A DNA stretch of 63,930 bases, counting the filler, from an uncultured Myxococcia bacterium (lineage in GTDB: Bacteria > CAZTWC01): the NCBI GenBank assembly GCA_964617105.1. It is 5 parts of 5 records of this genome, joined end to end, with 100 filler letters (N's around TTAATTAATTAA, not from the genome) between each part and the next. Parts side by side here need not be neighbours in the genome. Positions count along the whole stretch, not along the records: positions 13,166 to 26,189 come from CAZTWC010000086.1; positions 26,290 to 39,023 come from CAZTWC010000087.1; 3 more parts are not named here. The stretch is one strand, 5' to 3'. Positions 18,580-29,273 of this stretch are shown in pieces. The notes beneath the pieces were generated by a model that was not told where the DNA came from, did not search any database, and saw nothing but the letters and a program-made list of their open reading frames with translations. The translations under genes were made by a program, and so were the position numbers. Every line of letters begins with the position of its first letter. Positions within the stretch are counted from its first letter, which is position 1.

Positions 18580-19755
18580 ATGATACCTCGATGCATACAT
18601 ATTTCCAGCAAAAACCACTTTTTTTTATTTGGCCCCAGGCAGACCGGAAAAAGTACACTATTGAAATCCTGTTTTCCGGCTAAATCCACTCTCTATTATG
18701 ATCTGCTACAATCTGAACTATTTCGACGACTTCAGGTTAATCCTGAGCAATTGCGAAAAGAGGTAATTTATCAGGTCGAAAATTCAGTTGAAAAGATATC
18801 CCATGTAATAATCGATGAAATCCAAAAAGTGCCGGAATTGTTGGATGAAGTACATAGTATGATTGAGTCAAATCTTCCAGTGGTTTTTGGGATGAGCGGG
18901 TCAAGTGCCAGAAAATTAAAACGTAAACGAGCAAATATGTTGGCCGGGAGGGCCTGGACCTATCAACTTTTCCCATTTACATATCAGGAAATAGAAAGGT
19001 CGTTTGATTTAAGAAATGTTTTACGTTTTGGTACATTACCGGCAGTACATCTATCTAAAAATAATTTTGACAGAGAAGAGACTCTCAGAGCCTATGTAAA
19101 CACCTATATCAAAGAAGAGATAGAACTGGAAGCCAATCTGAGAAACCTGGGGGGATTTTTGCGCTTTTTACCATTAAGTGCCGCTCAAAATGGTGCGGTT
19201 TGCAACTTTTCAAACATCGCCAGAGATTGTGGAGTTAGTTATCATACGGTTAAATCTTATTACCAGATCCTTGAAGATACCTTGCTGGGATTTTTTATGT
19301 ATCCTTTTGGACGATCAATACGCAAAAGGATGACAAAGCATCCCAAATTCTATTTTTTTGATACGGGTGTGGTTAGCGCATTAAATCGTAAACTAAAAGT
19401 TTCTTTAATCGAAAAGACATCTGAATTTGGCCAGAGTTTTGAACATTATTTTATTTGTGAAATCATTAGGATAAATAGTTACCAGCGGCTTGATTTGGAT
19501 ATCTCTTTCTACAGAACGGAAAAAGGGGCAGAGGTAGATTGCATTATCGAGTTGCCTTCCGGTAAAATACTGGCTATTGAAATTAAATCAACTTCAGCAC
19601 CCATAGCATTACACTGTAAAGGGTTGTATTCTTTTAAGCACAAGGTGCCTGATGCTCAATTGATTCTGGCTTGCACTGCTGATAAACCTTTTAAAATAAA
19701 TGATGTAACGGTTAAACCGTATATGCAAGTTCTAAAAGAGATAGGCCAGTATTGA
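18580..19755 (+). CDS. AAA_14 ATPase with DUF4143 and C-terminal nuclease-like domain
   Basis: GPRQTGKS, IIDEIQK, GSSARKL, LAGRA, KFYFFDTG, EVD...AIEIK. Confidence 0.92.
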   Translation: MIPRCIHISSKNHFFLFGPRQTGKSTLLKSCFPAKSTLYYDLLQSELFRRLQVNPEQLRKEVIYQVENSVEKISHVIIDEIQKVPELLDEVHSMIESNLPVVFGMSGSSARKLKRKRANMLAGRAWTYQLFPFTYQEIERSFDLRNVLRFGTLPAVHLSKNNFDREETLRAYVNTYIKEEIELEANLRNLGGFLRFLPLSAAQNGAVCNFSNIARDCGVSYHTVKSYYQILEDTLLGFFMYPFGRSIRKRMTKHPKFYFFDTGVVSALNRKLKVSLIEKTSEFGQSFEHYFICEIIRINSYQRLDLDISFYRTEKGAEVDCIIELPSGKILAIEIKSTSAPIALHCKGLYSFKHKVPDAQLILACTADKPFKINDVTVKPYMQVLKEIGQY

Positions 19756-19781
19756 GACTTCCTGGTGGGAGTCCTAAACAA

Positions 19782-22526
19782 CTACGGCACCATTTCTACC
19801 TTTATCTTTTTTCCTCTGGATCTAACCTGATAAGTCTTGTCCTTTGACTGGCAAAAAACACAGTCCAGGCATTTACTCAGATTTTTCTCCTCTTCCACCC
19901 TGGATGCTTCCTGGCCATTAATTTTTACTGAATATTTACAATTGAACCAGGGGCTAAAACTGCTGGCCTTCATCTTAAATTTGATCGTATAGTTTCGGTC
20001 CTCGTTGGATTCTATTTCCAACGTTATTCCCATCTCCTTTTTCTCATCCATTTTAAAGAAGGTGCCATCGTACATGGTAAAATCACTTTGGCCTGAGGGA
20101 TAGGCCAGCAAGTGCAATTCGCCCTTAACTTTGTCCATATCCTTTACGCTGGCCTTTTCCGCAGCCACCAGAGTATCCACTCCAGGAGGAAGCATGGGTA
20201 ACAATGCGCCGGCCCGGACATAGAGAGGCATCCTTTCCAAAGGCCACCAACGGTTCTTTTCCTCGGTGGGACCCTGGACCACCGCATCGGTAAAAAAATC
20301 TATCCAGCGGCCCGGCGGAAAAAAGATATCTCTTTTGCCGCCCGCTTTATAAATTGGGGCCACCAACAGAGAGTCGCCGAACATATATTGAAACCTGGCA
20401 GTGTAGGCTGGTTGGCTCTGGGGAAAATGGAAAAATAGGGGACGCATCACCGGAAGACCGCCGCTAGACGCCTGTTCAGCAATGGTATAGATATAGGGGA
20501 TAAATTGCATGCGCATCTGGGCTAACTGGCGGTATATATCCAGAGTTTGTTGGTCATAAAGGTTGAAATCCCAAGGATTGTGGCTCTCTCCCCCTCCGCC
20601 CAATTGCATAATCGGAGAAAAAACCCCAAACTGGCTCCAGCGAATCAACACCTCTTTGGCCGGAGATCCATTTCGAAATCCGCCAATATCAGAGCCATAA
20701 TAGGGAAAACCGCTGATAGCCAGAGATAGACCGGCATTAATAGCAGATGGCAGTCCGCCCACTTTCAGTTTACCTTTGCCGCCACCCTCTTTAGTAATCA
20801 GATCCCCGAAAAAAGAGAAATCATTGTCCAAATCACCAGACCGGGAGGTCATGTGATACTTCTGTTCCCGGAGTGCACCTGCCCTGGCAATGATGAAACC
20901 ATCTCCTTTTTTGGTTTCCATAATCTGATCGTAAAATGCCTTGTGATAGAGTAGAGAATATTTGGAATGCATCTCTCTATTGGTCTCACCGCTTTTAAAT
21001 TTAAAAAGGTATTTTAGGGGCAGGCTACCGGTTCCGTAAGGGATAACCCCTTCGCCGCCATCAAGTTTGAAGCCGTCTATCCCCATCTGTAAAAGGTTCT
21101 TGATCTTGGCCCTGTACCAATCGGTGGCATGGGGATTGGTAAAATCGATTATACTACCGATTCCTTTCCTCCAGGATAAAGGCAGAGGTTCATTTAAATG
21201 GTCTGTGACAAAATATCCAGCTGTTTCGGCATGTTCATACAGATCTCCGCAATAGTTCATTCCAGCCATCTCATCACTATCATCGGTAAAATTTATGTAC
21301 TCGGTCATCCATAATGCCACTTTGAAGCCCAAACGGTGCAATTCATCGATCATTTTTCTGGGATCGAGAAACTGGAGTTTATTAAATTCCATGCTGTTGT
21401 AACAGGTTTCCCAGGGAGAATCGATCCCAATCAGGCTGCCAGGGATTTTATACTGTCGCATTTTAGCCGCATCATCCAGAACAATTCGATAGGAAGAGAC
21501 CTTGTTGCGCCAATGCTGGGGCGCAAATACCCATTTAGGTGGCAGATGGGGATTACCGGTAATTTTCAGATAGGATTTATAAACTTCCGCGGGGTTGGTA
21601 GCAGAAAAGAGATGAAACTTAAACTGATTGGTATAAACCAAAAAGCCAAAATTGGGGTCATTGTCCTGCCCCAGATCAAAATCCATGGCCTGGTAGGTGT
21701 CCACCAGTAAACCATAGTTGCGGGAACTCAGCAAAAAAGGAACAATAAAATGCACTTCATTGTGACCAGATTCCATCTTCTCATGAAGATCTCTCTGTAG
21801 TTGCCTGTATTTACCGGTATTATTAAAGTGGTCAAACTGCTCACCCAACCCATAAAACTGCTCCTCTACCCGGAAAGAATCTTTATCATTGCTCCCTTTA
21901 CCTCTGGCAAAGGCCAGCCCTACAGCAAAAACATCTTTATGGGGAAAGACTTTCAACTCCAACAATAACTGGTTGAACTCTCCTATACGGACAAATAGTT
22001 TAACTTCACGGTCAACCTCTTTTTCCGGGGATTTAAAGGTTACTACTACTCCCTGCTGATAATTGTCTATGCTACCCACCTGCCCGACATTGTAATTATG
22101 CTCCTGCAATTTTCCTTTAACCGTTTTTCTTACCCGGTAAAAGAGAGAAGTTGAAGAATATTTTGATTTACTGTCCGCTTCAGCCACCCGGTATCTAGGA
22201 GTCACCAGGGCCAACCCACCGTTTCGCCGATCGATCTCCAGCCGGTAATCGCCGGCTTCCACCAGGTATTTAGTTTCCATAGTGCTCCATTTGATTGAAG
22301 GCATCTCTCCTGGTTCGGGGATAATTTCCGGCTGCTTGGTGCCGCCATCGCCTTTCTCTATACCGCCTCCGTCGGAAATACCGGCGGAGGAGAAATAGTC
22401 ATTTTTTCCATCTTTGGCCATACAGTTAACCAGGGCAACCATAGAGAATATCACTATTACCATAGTTAAAAATTGCGCCATTGTACGACTGCAATTACCA
22501 GCAGGAGTTTTGATAATTTTTTTCAC
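19782..22526 (-). CDS. Glycoside hydrolase family 31 lipoprotein
   Basis: YGLGEQF, IDSPW, DFTNP, GFKLDGGE (nucleophile Asp), SGD, SDIGGF, RWSQFG, QYMFGDSLLVAP; lipobox LVNC. True start may be ATG 22481. Confidence 0.92.
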   Translation of the reverse strand: MKKIIKTPAGNCSRTMAQFLTMVIVIFSMVALVNCMAKDGKNDYFSSAGISDGGGIEKGDGGTKQPEIIPEPGEMPSIKWSTMETKYLVEAGDYRLEIDRRNGGLALVTPRYRVAEADSKSKYSSTSLFYRVRKTVKGKLQEHNYNVGQVGSIDNYQQGVVVTFKSPEKEVDREVKLFVRIGEFNQLLLELKVFPHKDVFAVGLAFARGKGSNDKDSFRVEEQFYGLGEQFDHFNNTGKYRQLQRDLHEKMESGHNEVHFIVPFLLSSRNYGLLVDTYQAMDFDLGQDNDPNFGFLVYTNQFKFHLFSATNPAEVYKSYLKITGNPHLPPKWVFAPQHWRNKVSSYRIVLDDAAKMRQYKIPGSLIGIDSPWETCYNSMEFNKLQFLDPRKMIDELHRLGFKVALWMTEYINFTDDSDEMAGMNYCGDLYEHAETAGYFVTDHLNEPLPLSWRKGIGSIIDFTNPHATDWYRAKIKNLLQMGIDGFKLDGGEGVIPYGTGSLPLKYLFKFKSGETNREMHSKYSLLYHKAFYDQIMETKKGDGFIIARAGALREQKYHMTSRSGDLDNDFSFFGDLITKEGGGKGKLKVGGLPSAINAGLSLAISGFPYYGSDIGGFRNGSPAKEVLIRWSQFGVFSPIMQLGGGGESHNPWDFNLYDQQTLDIYRQLAQMRMQFIPYIYTIAEQASSGGLPVMRPLFFHFPQSQPAYTARFQYMFGDSLLVAPIYKAGGKRDIFFPPGRWIDFFTDAVVQGPTEEKNRWWPLERMPLYVRAGALLPMLPPGVDTLVAAEKASVKDMDKVKGELHLLAYPSGQSDFTMYDGTFFKMDEKKEMGITLEIESNEDRNYTIKFKMKASSFSPWFNCKYSVKINGQEASRVEEEKNLSKCLDCVFCQSKDKTYQVRSRGKKIKVEMVP

Positions 22527-22560
22527 AACTATTTCCTTTTAATATATTTATTTTTCTAAA

Positions 22561-23868
22561 CTAGATCCTGTCCGAGAATTCACTTTCCAAATTTAGCACC
22601 GCCAAAATTTCCAGGTGATGGGTGCGGGGAAACAGGTCAAAACCCACCGCTCTGTCCAGGCTATAACCATGTTTGAGAAAATAATTCACATCTCTCTTCA
22701 AAGTGGCTAAATGACAACTCAAATAGAGAATATACCCTGGTTTCAAGGCCAAAATATATCTCCTCTCCTCTTTGATACCCTGGCGAGGTGGATCGAGAAA
22801 GATTATATCAAAATTGTCTCCCTTTTCCACTACTTGTTTCAATATCAACCAAGATTTCCCCTGAATTACCTGAACATTGGTGATTTTCTCCCTTTGACAA
22901 CACTCTTTCAAGTCTTTGACACTCAGCGGCGCAATTTCAGTGGCAATTATTTGAGTGGCTACTTTGGCCAAAGGCAAGGTGAAATTACCGCTGCCGGCAA
23001 ACAACTCCAGCAAATTGGCTTTCCCCCCTAATTTCAAAGCCCGCTTTTTGACCAGAGTTTGACAGTACTCAACCATGGTTTGATTCAGTTTCAAATTGGC
23101 CTGGCTAAAACGAAAACTGCCCATGTAGCCTGACAAATCGGGCTGAATTTCATAGGCCAATCTATTTTCGCCCACATAACCATCGCTTTTCATTCCTGGA
23201 TTACGCCAACTAATCCCCTTTATTTGGGGCCATTTTTCCAACAGTGTCGACAATCCCTTTCCTTCATAATTGTCTCCATCCAAATTTAATCCCAATAAAA
23301 ATTTTTTCTCCAGACTACTATAGAGAATCTCCACCGAAATCATACCGTTTTCTTTGTTCATGGCGGTCGAAACCGGCTCCAACTCTTGTTGCAATTTTCC
23401 TATAGAATGATGGGCCAGTAAACACTTATCTACAGGAATCACCTGGTGACTCTCCCGGGCTAAAAAACCAGGTTTTCTGTTTTTTCCAAAACGGGCAATA
23501 TGGAGACGTATTCGATGCCGATAGTGAAAACTTGTTGGCGCTGGATAAAATTCTGAACAGACTTCATGAAGGCTCAAACTACAAATTTCAGCCAAAAACT
23601 CCCTCTTAACCTCTTGCTCTTCATCGTAACTAAAATGCTGAAAATGGCATCCGCCACATTGGGTGTAAACCGGGCAAAGCGGAGTTACCCGCTCAGATGA
23701 CGATTTAATGATATTGATTATCCTCGCCTGAGTGTAATCCTTAAAAGATTTGGTTATCTCTATGGCGACCTCTTCGCCCCGGCAGGTGTATGGAACAAAT
23801 ACCACTTTTCCGTCAATGCGCCCCAAACCCCATCCGCCCGGGATAATTTTTTCTATTTGAACCTTCAA
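22561..23868 (-). CDS. rlmD: 23S rRNA (uracil-C5)-methyltransferase RlmD/RumA family
   Basis: TRAM domain, CPVYTQCGGC Fe-S motif, FSQAN, ELFAGSGNF, DPPR, YLSC, DLFPRTHHLE. Confidence 0.9.
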   Translation of the reverse strand: MKVQIEKIIPGGWGLGRIDGKVVFVPYTCRGEEVAIEITKSFKDYTQARIINIIKSSSERVTPLCPVYTQCGGCHFQHFSYDEEQEVKREFLAEICSLSLHEVCSEFYPAPTSFHYRHRIRLHIARFGKNRKPGFLARESHQVIPVDKCLLAHHSIGKLQQELEPVSTAMNKENGMISVEILYSSLEKKFLLGLNLDGDNYEGKGLSTLLEKWPQIKGISWRNPGMKSDGYVGENRLAYEIQPDLSGYMGSFRFSQANLKLNQTMVEYCQTLVKKRALKLGGKANLLELFAGSGNFTLPLAKVATQIIATEIAPLSVKDLKECCQREKITNVQVIQGKSWLILKQVVEKGDNFDIIFLDPPRQGIKEERRYILALKPGYILYLSCHLATLKRDVNYFLKHGYSLDRAVGFDLFPRTHHLEILAVLNLESEFSDRI

Positions 23869-23871
23869 ATT

Positions 23872-25024
23872 TCAGCCAGTGGCCTCCCTGATTACCTGCT
23901 TTACCGCCATAACCACATGCTCAACCTGTTGATTAGTCATAGCCGGAAACAGGGGTAAAGAAAATGATTGTTTATAGAAAAGATCGCTCACCGGAAAAGG
24001 TTTATCTTTAAATTTTTTAAAAAGCGGTTGCTTATGTAAAGGGATATAGTGCACCTGGGTTAAAATCCCCAGGGAACGTAGACGATTATATAGTTGGATT
24101 TTATCCAATTTTATCTTTTCCATAAGGAAACGCAAAGGGTAGATGTGCCAGGCGGATTGGCAATCCTGAGCCTGTTGTGGTGTAATCACCTGGGCTAAAT
24201 TGGCAAAGGCGTTATTATACCTTTCAACTATCTGCCGTCGCCGAGCCAAAAATGCCGAAAGTTTTTTAAGTTGACTCTTACCCAGAGCGGCGTGCAGATC
24301 GCTGAGACGGTAATTGTAACCTTCATTACATATTTGATAATACCAATCACCTTTGGCATCCTTTAGTTTTTGACTTTTTTCCATGCCATGACAGGAAAAT
24401 CTATCAATAAAATCGGCGTCCTTTTTATCCAAACAGGCTACCGCNNNNNNNNNNTTCACCGCTGGTGATCACCTTCACCGGGTGGAAACTAAAAACCGTA
24501 AACCGGGTTAGACTCCCTATTGGTTTTCCCTGCCAGGTAGCCCCTAAAGAGTGACAACCATCTTCTATCAGAGTAAGACCATATTGTTGACAAATCTGGG
24601 AAACCGGCTCCAGCATGGCTGGATGCCCGCCAAAGTCAACCACGATCACCGCTTTGGTCCTGGAATTGATACTTTTTTCCAAATGTTCTGGATCTAAAGT
24701 AAAATATTGAGGTTCCACATCCACCAAAATCGGCGTCCCGCCACAAAATAAAACTGCGGATGCATCGGCGGCAAAGGTTAAATTGGGAACAATAACTTCA
24801 TCTCCCGCTTTTACGCCAGCCGCTTTTAATGCACAGTGCAAAGCAGCAGTGCCTGTTGATACAGCCTTTATATAAGGCGCACCAACAACTTTGGCCAATT
24901 GAGTTTCAAACTCTTTTCGCACCGGTCCCTGGGTTAGCCATGAACTTTTCAGAACCTGGACAACGCTTTGGATGTCATCATCATCTAACCACTGCCGGCC
25001 GTAGGGAATTTGGTCTGAATACAA
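23872..25024 (-). CDS. pseC: DegT/DnrJ/EryC1/StrS sugar aminotransferase (PseC-like), spanning 10-N gap 24445-24454
   Basis: IPYGRQ, WLTQGP, GTAALH, EDGCHSLG, FSFHPVK, GYNYRLSD, QVHYIP, SLPLFP. Confidence 0.8.
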
Positions 25025-25047
25025 TTTTTTCTCCAGACGTTATCATG

Positions 25048-25707
25048 TCAAATCAACAAGTCCCGGGCATAGGATGGGAAATTCTCTTTCACCATAGAGT
25101 AGAACCTGGCCAGGGGAAACCCCTTGACATTGAAATAGCACCCCTGGATGGAGGAAACAAAAATACCACCTCGCCCTTGAATACCGTATGCTCCGGCTTT
25201 GTCCACCGGTTCCTGGCTATCTATATATCTCTGGAGCTCCCAGGGCTGCAAATTATTAAAATGTACCAGGGTCTGTTCCCAGCCGGAAATAACCTGTATA
25301 GGTTCCCAGGTGTTTCTAAAGGCTACTCCAGTATATACATAGTGCTGTTTTCCACTTAACCTGGCCAACATCTTACCCGCTTTTTCCTTCCAACCAGGTG
25401 CATCGCCCGGTTTTCCCAACAATAAATATTTTTTCTGCTTATCAGCAGCATTACCAGAATCCTTCCGGCCATTTACCACCACAATAGTATCAGCACAAAC
25501 TAGCAAACCAGGTTCGCTCACTTTAAGGTTGTCAAAAGAGGCCAATTTCTCCTGGGCTTTTTTTTGGGAATATGGACCTGGGGTTTCAATACTGTCCGGG
25601 TCAGCGGTTTCTTTGAAAAACACCTTATCTAAAACCTTTACATTAAAACCGGCATTGGCCAGAATCTCTTGCCGGCGCGGAGAAGATGAACCTAAAAAGA
25701 TTTTCAT
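25048..25707 (-). CDS. maf: Maf family nucleoside triphosphate pyrophosphatase
   Basis: LGSSSPRR, ADTIV, GKP, DKAGAYGIQ, GCYFNVKGFP. Confidence 0.93.
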   Translation of the reverse strand: MKIFLGSSSPRRQEILANAGFNVKVLDKVFFKETADPDSIETPGPYSQKKAQEKLASFDNLKVSEPGLLVCADTIVVVNGRKDSGNAADKQKKYLLLGKPGDAPGWKEKAGKMLARLSGKQHYVYTGVAFRNTWEPIQVISGWEQTLVHFNNLQPWELQRYIDSQEPVDKAGAYGIQGRGGIFVSSIQGCYFNVKGFPLARFYSMVKENFPSYARDLLI

Positions 25708-26189
25708 TTTAACCGTACCTCTTTAACCAGGTGCTCACCTTTTTTTATCACCGCAATAAACGATCTGGTGATATTCAACTCCCGGTTTATCAACCTGATA
25801 GAATAATTACCTGCCGGTAACCGCCTGACAATAATAGGAGTTTTTCCCGACATCCTTCCACTGATATAAACCAGGGATTGAGGTGTAGATTTTATAGTAA
25901 TGGTGCCAAAGTTACCATGCTGAACTTTCTTTTTGGCTGATGGTTTACTGTCTCCGGTGTCGCCCCTGAAATTGTGTTCTTTTATATAAGTTTGGCCTTT
26001 TTTTAAATTAAAGGTAAAACTATGAGTTTTATTCAAATTTCGGTTGATAAGCCTTACCCGATGAAGGCCAATTTCCATCTCTGAGGCTTCATATTTTCCT
26101 TTTCCACTTAATTTGCCATCTATATAGATAGCAGTACCAGAGTTGGAAACAATCTGGACCTGCCCCAAGTTTATAATCTTGGGAACTAT
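25704..26189 (-). CDS. PEGA-domain protein, C-terminal fragment (5' end lost at contig edge)
   Basis: Two PEGA-like repeats (AIYIDG...GLHRVRL; STPQSLVYISG...GKTP...LPAGNYSIRL). Confidence 0.75.
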   Translation of the reverse strand: MVPKIINLGQVQIVSNSGTAIYIDGKLSGKGKYEASEMEIGLHRVRLINRNLNKTHSFTFNLKKGQTYIKEHNFRGDTGDSKPSAKKKVQHGNFGTITIKSTPQSLVYISGRMSGKTPIIVRRLPAGNYSIRLINRELNITRSFIAVIKKGEHLVKEVRLK

Positions 26190-26289
26190 NNNNNNNNNNN
26201 NNNNNNNNNNNNNNNNNNNNNNNNNNNNNNNNNTTAATTAATTAANNNNNNNNNNNNNNNNNNNNNNNNNNNNNNNNNNNNNNNNNNNN
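26190..26289. other. Artificial contig linker
   Basis: 44 N + TTAATTAATTAA + 44 N. Confidence 0.98.
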
Positions 26290-26970
26290 GCTAATGAACC
26301 TGATATTATCGAACCGGACCTGACCCAAATAGATATGAGCCGGACAAATTTGCGGGCTGAACTGGTGGCCACCATTGTTTCATCAAATCCTTACCAATCC
26401 ATTGCGGTTATCAATGACCAGGCGGCCAGGGAGACCGAAGTTTATTCCATCGGCGATATGTTGATGAACGAAGCCACTATTATAGGAATTCAAAGGCTTC
26501 AAGTAATTTTGGAACGGTCCGATGGCCGTAAAGAATATTTAAACCTGGAAAAGGAGGGGAAAGGTGGATCGGCAGCAAGAACTTACCAGGCTAAGCCAAA
26601 AGTGCAGCAAGTTGCCAATACCGGCGGCAAAGGGGTAAAGCAGGTAGGTGAAAATGAATACATAATTGCCAAAAGCGAAATCGAAAATACCCTGGGTGAT
26701 TTGTCCAAAGTAGCCACCCAGGCCAGGATAGTGCCCAGTTTTAAAAATGGTAAACCGGTGGGATTCAAATTGTTCTCCATCAGACCGAAGAGTATATATG
26801 CCAAAATTGGAATTCAAAACGGTGATGTAATTAACAAAATAAATGGGTATGAGTTAAACAGTCCCGATAAGGCCCTGGAGGTATACCAACGGCTCAAAGA
26901 TTCTAAAACCATTAGTATTGAGTTGGAACGCAGGGGCACCAAACGTAATTTTAAATACCAGGTACGTTAA
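26290..26970 (+). CDS. gspC: Type II secretion protein C (5' partial)
   Basis: Frame open from contig start; HR domain and PDZ (ARIVP...GFKLFSIRP...GIQNGDVI); precedes gspD. Confidence 0.92.
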   Translation, partial: ANEPDIIEPDLTQIDMSRTNLRAELVATIVSSNPYQSIAVINDQAARETEVYSIGDMLMNEATIIGIQRLQVILERSDGRKEYLNLEKEGKGGSAARTYQAKPKVQQVANTGGKGVKQVGENEYIIAKSEIENTLGDLSKVATQARIVPSFKNGKPVGFKLFSIRPKSIYAKIGIQNGDVINKINGYELNSPDKALEVYQRLKDSKTISIELERRGTKRNFKYQVR

Positions 26971-27011
26971 AAACGTGTAGCAATCATATACCTAAAGTAG
27001 AGGAAATTTCT

Positions 27012-29261
27012 ATGACATCAAAGACAAAGTTAATTTCCATAATAACAATGCTTATATGTTTAGGCATTTTTAGCGCTACGGTCTCAATTGAGCCGGCCTA
27101 TGGCAAGGGAAAAAAGAAAAAAATCGTAGTGCAACACCAAGATGGCAAATATAGCCTGGATTTTGAAAATGCCGAGATAATGGATGTAATTAAGGCCATA
27201 AGCAAAATGACCAGCAAAAACTTTATTGTTTCCAGTAAAATCCGCTCCGGCAAGATCACCATCATATCTCCTTCCAAGGTATCTGCGGATGAGGCCTACC
27301 TGGCTTTTTTATCTACCCTGGAAGCCAATGATATGACCATTGTCCGGTCCGGCAAGTATTTCAAAGTCGTTCCTCTGCGCAGTTCAAAACAGGACAATAT
27401 TCCCACCTTTGTTGGAAAGGATCAGATGCCCAAGCCGGAAGACCGGATGGTCACCAGGTTGCACCGGCTAAAACATATTACCGCCGACACCGTAAATCAA
27501 ACCCTGCGCCAGTTGGTTTCCCGCGACGGTGAAATTGTACCCTATTTACCCACCAATACCCTGATTATCTCCGATACCGCCTCCAACCTGCTGCGGATTT
27601 TGAAAATATTAGGAAAACTAGATGTGCCCGGAGGGCAAGACCAGTTATGGATAGTTCCCATAAATTACTCTACCGCCCAAGATGTGGCCGACAAAATAAC
27701 TCAAATCTTCGAACAGGGTAAAGGACCAAAGGCACGAAAAAAATCGGGCCAGGGTGGTATCGATATCAGTATCTCTAAAATTATCCCAGACGACAGAACC
27801 AATAAACTAATTATAATGGCCAACCGCCAATCGCTGAAAAAGATTCAAAAATTGATAAACGCTCTGGATATTCCTATTCCCGGCGAAGGAAAGATGCATG
27901 TTTTGGGCCTGCAAAACGCAGCCGCCGAAACTCTGGCAGCCAGCCTGCAGACCATAATTTCCGGGGCCGGCCGCAAAGGTGGCAAAGGTGGTGGTGGAGG
28001 TAACAGCCTCTTCAGGGGAGAAGTTAAAGTCAATGCTGAAAAATCCACCAACTCATTAGTAATTGTGGCCTCTCAAAAAGATTTTCGCTCTCTAAAGCAG
28101 GTGATCAAGAAGTTAGACAAACCGCGGAGACAAGTATATGTAGAAGCGGTAATTATGGAAATCAGTGTTAAAAAATCCCGGGATTTGGGCATGGCTTTAA
28201 ATCTGGGAGCCGCCCCCACCATCCAGGGACAGACTGTGCCAATATTCGGAACCACCAAATTAGGCCCCCTCAATGCCATTCAAATAGACCCAGGAACCCT
28301 GACCTCCTTATCCGGATTTTTAGGCGGCGTTCGGGGGCCTAACGTAGAAGGGGCAGGCCAGGCCATGGGGCTCGGCAATATCAACATCCCCTCTTTTGGA
28401 GCAGTAATGAAGGCTCTGCAGCGTAGCGATGACGTTGACGTTCTATCCACTCCCCATATTCTCACCACCGACAACCAAAAAGCAGAGATCACCGTGGGTG
28501 AAAATATTCCTTTTCAATCAGGTTTCACCTCTGGTGGTGGTGCCGGCGGATCTTCCTTTAGCAGTTTTTCACCAGTGGTTTCGGTGCAGAGGCAGGATGT
28601 TGCCCTGACTTTAAAAATCAAACCTCAGATTAACGCTGGAGATTATGTCAAACTGGATATTAAACAAGAGGTAAGTGAAGTTAAGAGTTTAGACCCCCTC
28701 CTGGGACCTACAACCTCCAAACGGATGGCCAAAACCGTGGTTGTGGTGCGGGACCAGCAGACGGTGGTTATTGGTGGATTGATGAAAGATAAACTAAGTG
28801 AAAACGTTCAAAAAATACCCTTTTTTGGCGATATCCCTCTGTTGGGCTGGTTCTTTAGAAGCACGGGTACTATTAAAGACAAATCAAATTTACTGATCTT
28901 TCTCACTCCCTATATTATTAAGGACCAAACCGATTTCAGAAAGATATATGAACGAAAAATGGGTGAAAGGAAAGAATTTGTCAAAAAGTTCTACGGCACT
29001 GCCGCAGGTTATGAAGCGCCTATAGATTACACTCGTAAAATCGGTCCGTTGCAGCAAATATACAATAGCATCCAAGAAGAGGAGCAGGCCATTAAAGATG
29101 GCAAGACAACTGCCGGCGACCGGCTAATCAGAGGTGGTGAACGTAAAATTGAAGAAGTTTTCACCTCCGAGGAAAAATCATCGAAAAAAGAACCCGCCCA
29201 GGATAATAATCAAAAAAAACCGGTAACTCCTGAGGTGGAATCGGCGGTTGAAGAGGAATAG
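27012..29261 (+). CDS. gspD: Type II secretion secretin D
   Basis: N domains, QVYVEAVIME, VLSTPHILTTDN, VVIGGL, KIPFFGDIPLLGWFF, LLIFLTP. Confidence 0.97.
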   Translation: MTSKTKLISIITMLICLGIFSATVSIEPAYGKGKKKKIVVQHQDGKYSLDFENAEIMDVIKAISKMTSKNFIVSSKIRSGKITIISPSKVSADEAYLAFLSTLEANDMTIVRSGKYFKVVPLRSSKQDNIPTFVGKDQMPKPEDRMVTRLHRLKHITADTVNQTLRQLVSRDGEIVPYLPTNTLIISDTASNLLRILKILGKLDVPGGQDQLWIVPINYSTAQDVADKITQIFEQGKGPKARKKSGQGGIDISISKIIPDDRTNKLIIMANRQSLKKIQKLINALDIPIPGEGKMHVLGLQNAAAETLAASLQTIISGAGRKGGKGGGGGNSLFRGEVKVNAEKSTNSLVIVASQKDFRSLKQVIKKLDKPRRQVYVEAVIMEISVKKSRDLGMALNLGAAPTIQGQTVPIFGTTKLGPLNAIQIDPGTLTSLSGFLGGVRGPNVEGAGQAMGLGNINIPSFGAVMKALQRSDDVDVLSTPHILTTDNQKAEITVGENIPFQSGFTSGGGAGGSSFSSFSPVVSVQRQDVALTLKIKPQINAGDYVKLDIKQEVSEVKSLDPLLGPTTSKRMAKTVVVVRDQQTVVIGGLMKDKLSENVQKIPFFGDIPLLGWFFRSTGTIKDKSNLLIFLTPYIIKDQTDFRKIYERKMGERKEFVKKFYGTAAGYEAPIDYTRKIGPLQQIYNSIQEEEQAIKDGKTTAGDRLIRGGERKIEEVFTSEEKSSKKEPAQDNNQKKPVTPEVESAVEEE

Positions 29262-29273
29262 GAAGAATACAAG

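Noticed and set aside
23872..25024. Pseudaminic-acid biosynthesis cluster
   Set aside because: Only the aminotransferase is present; neighbours are maf and rlmD, with no pseB/F/G/H/I in this contig.
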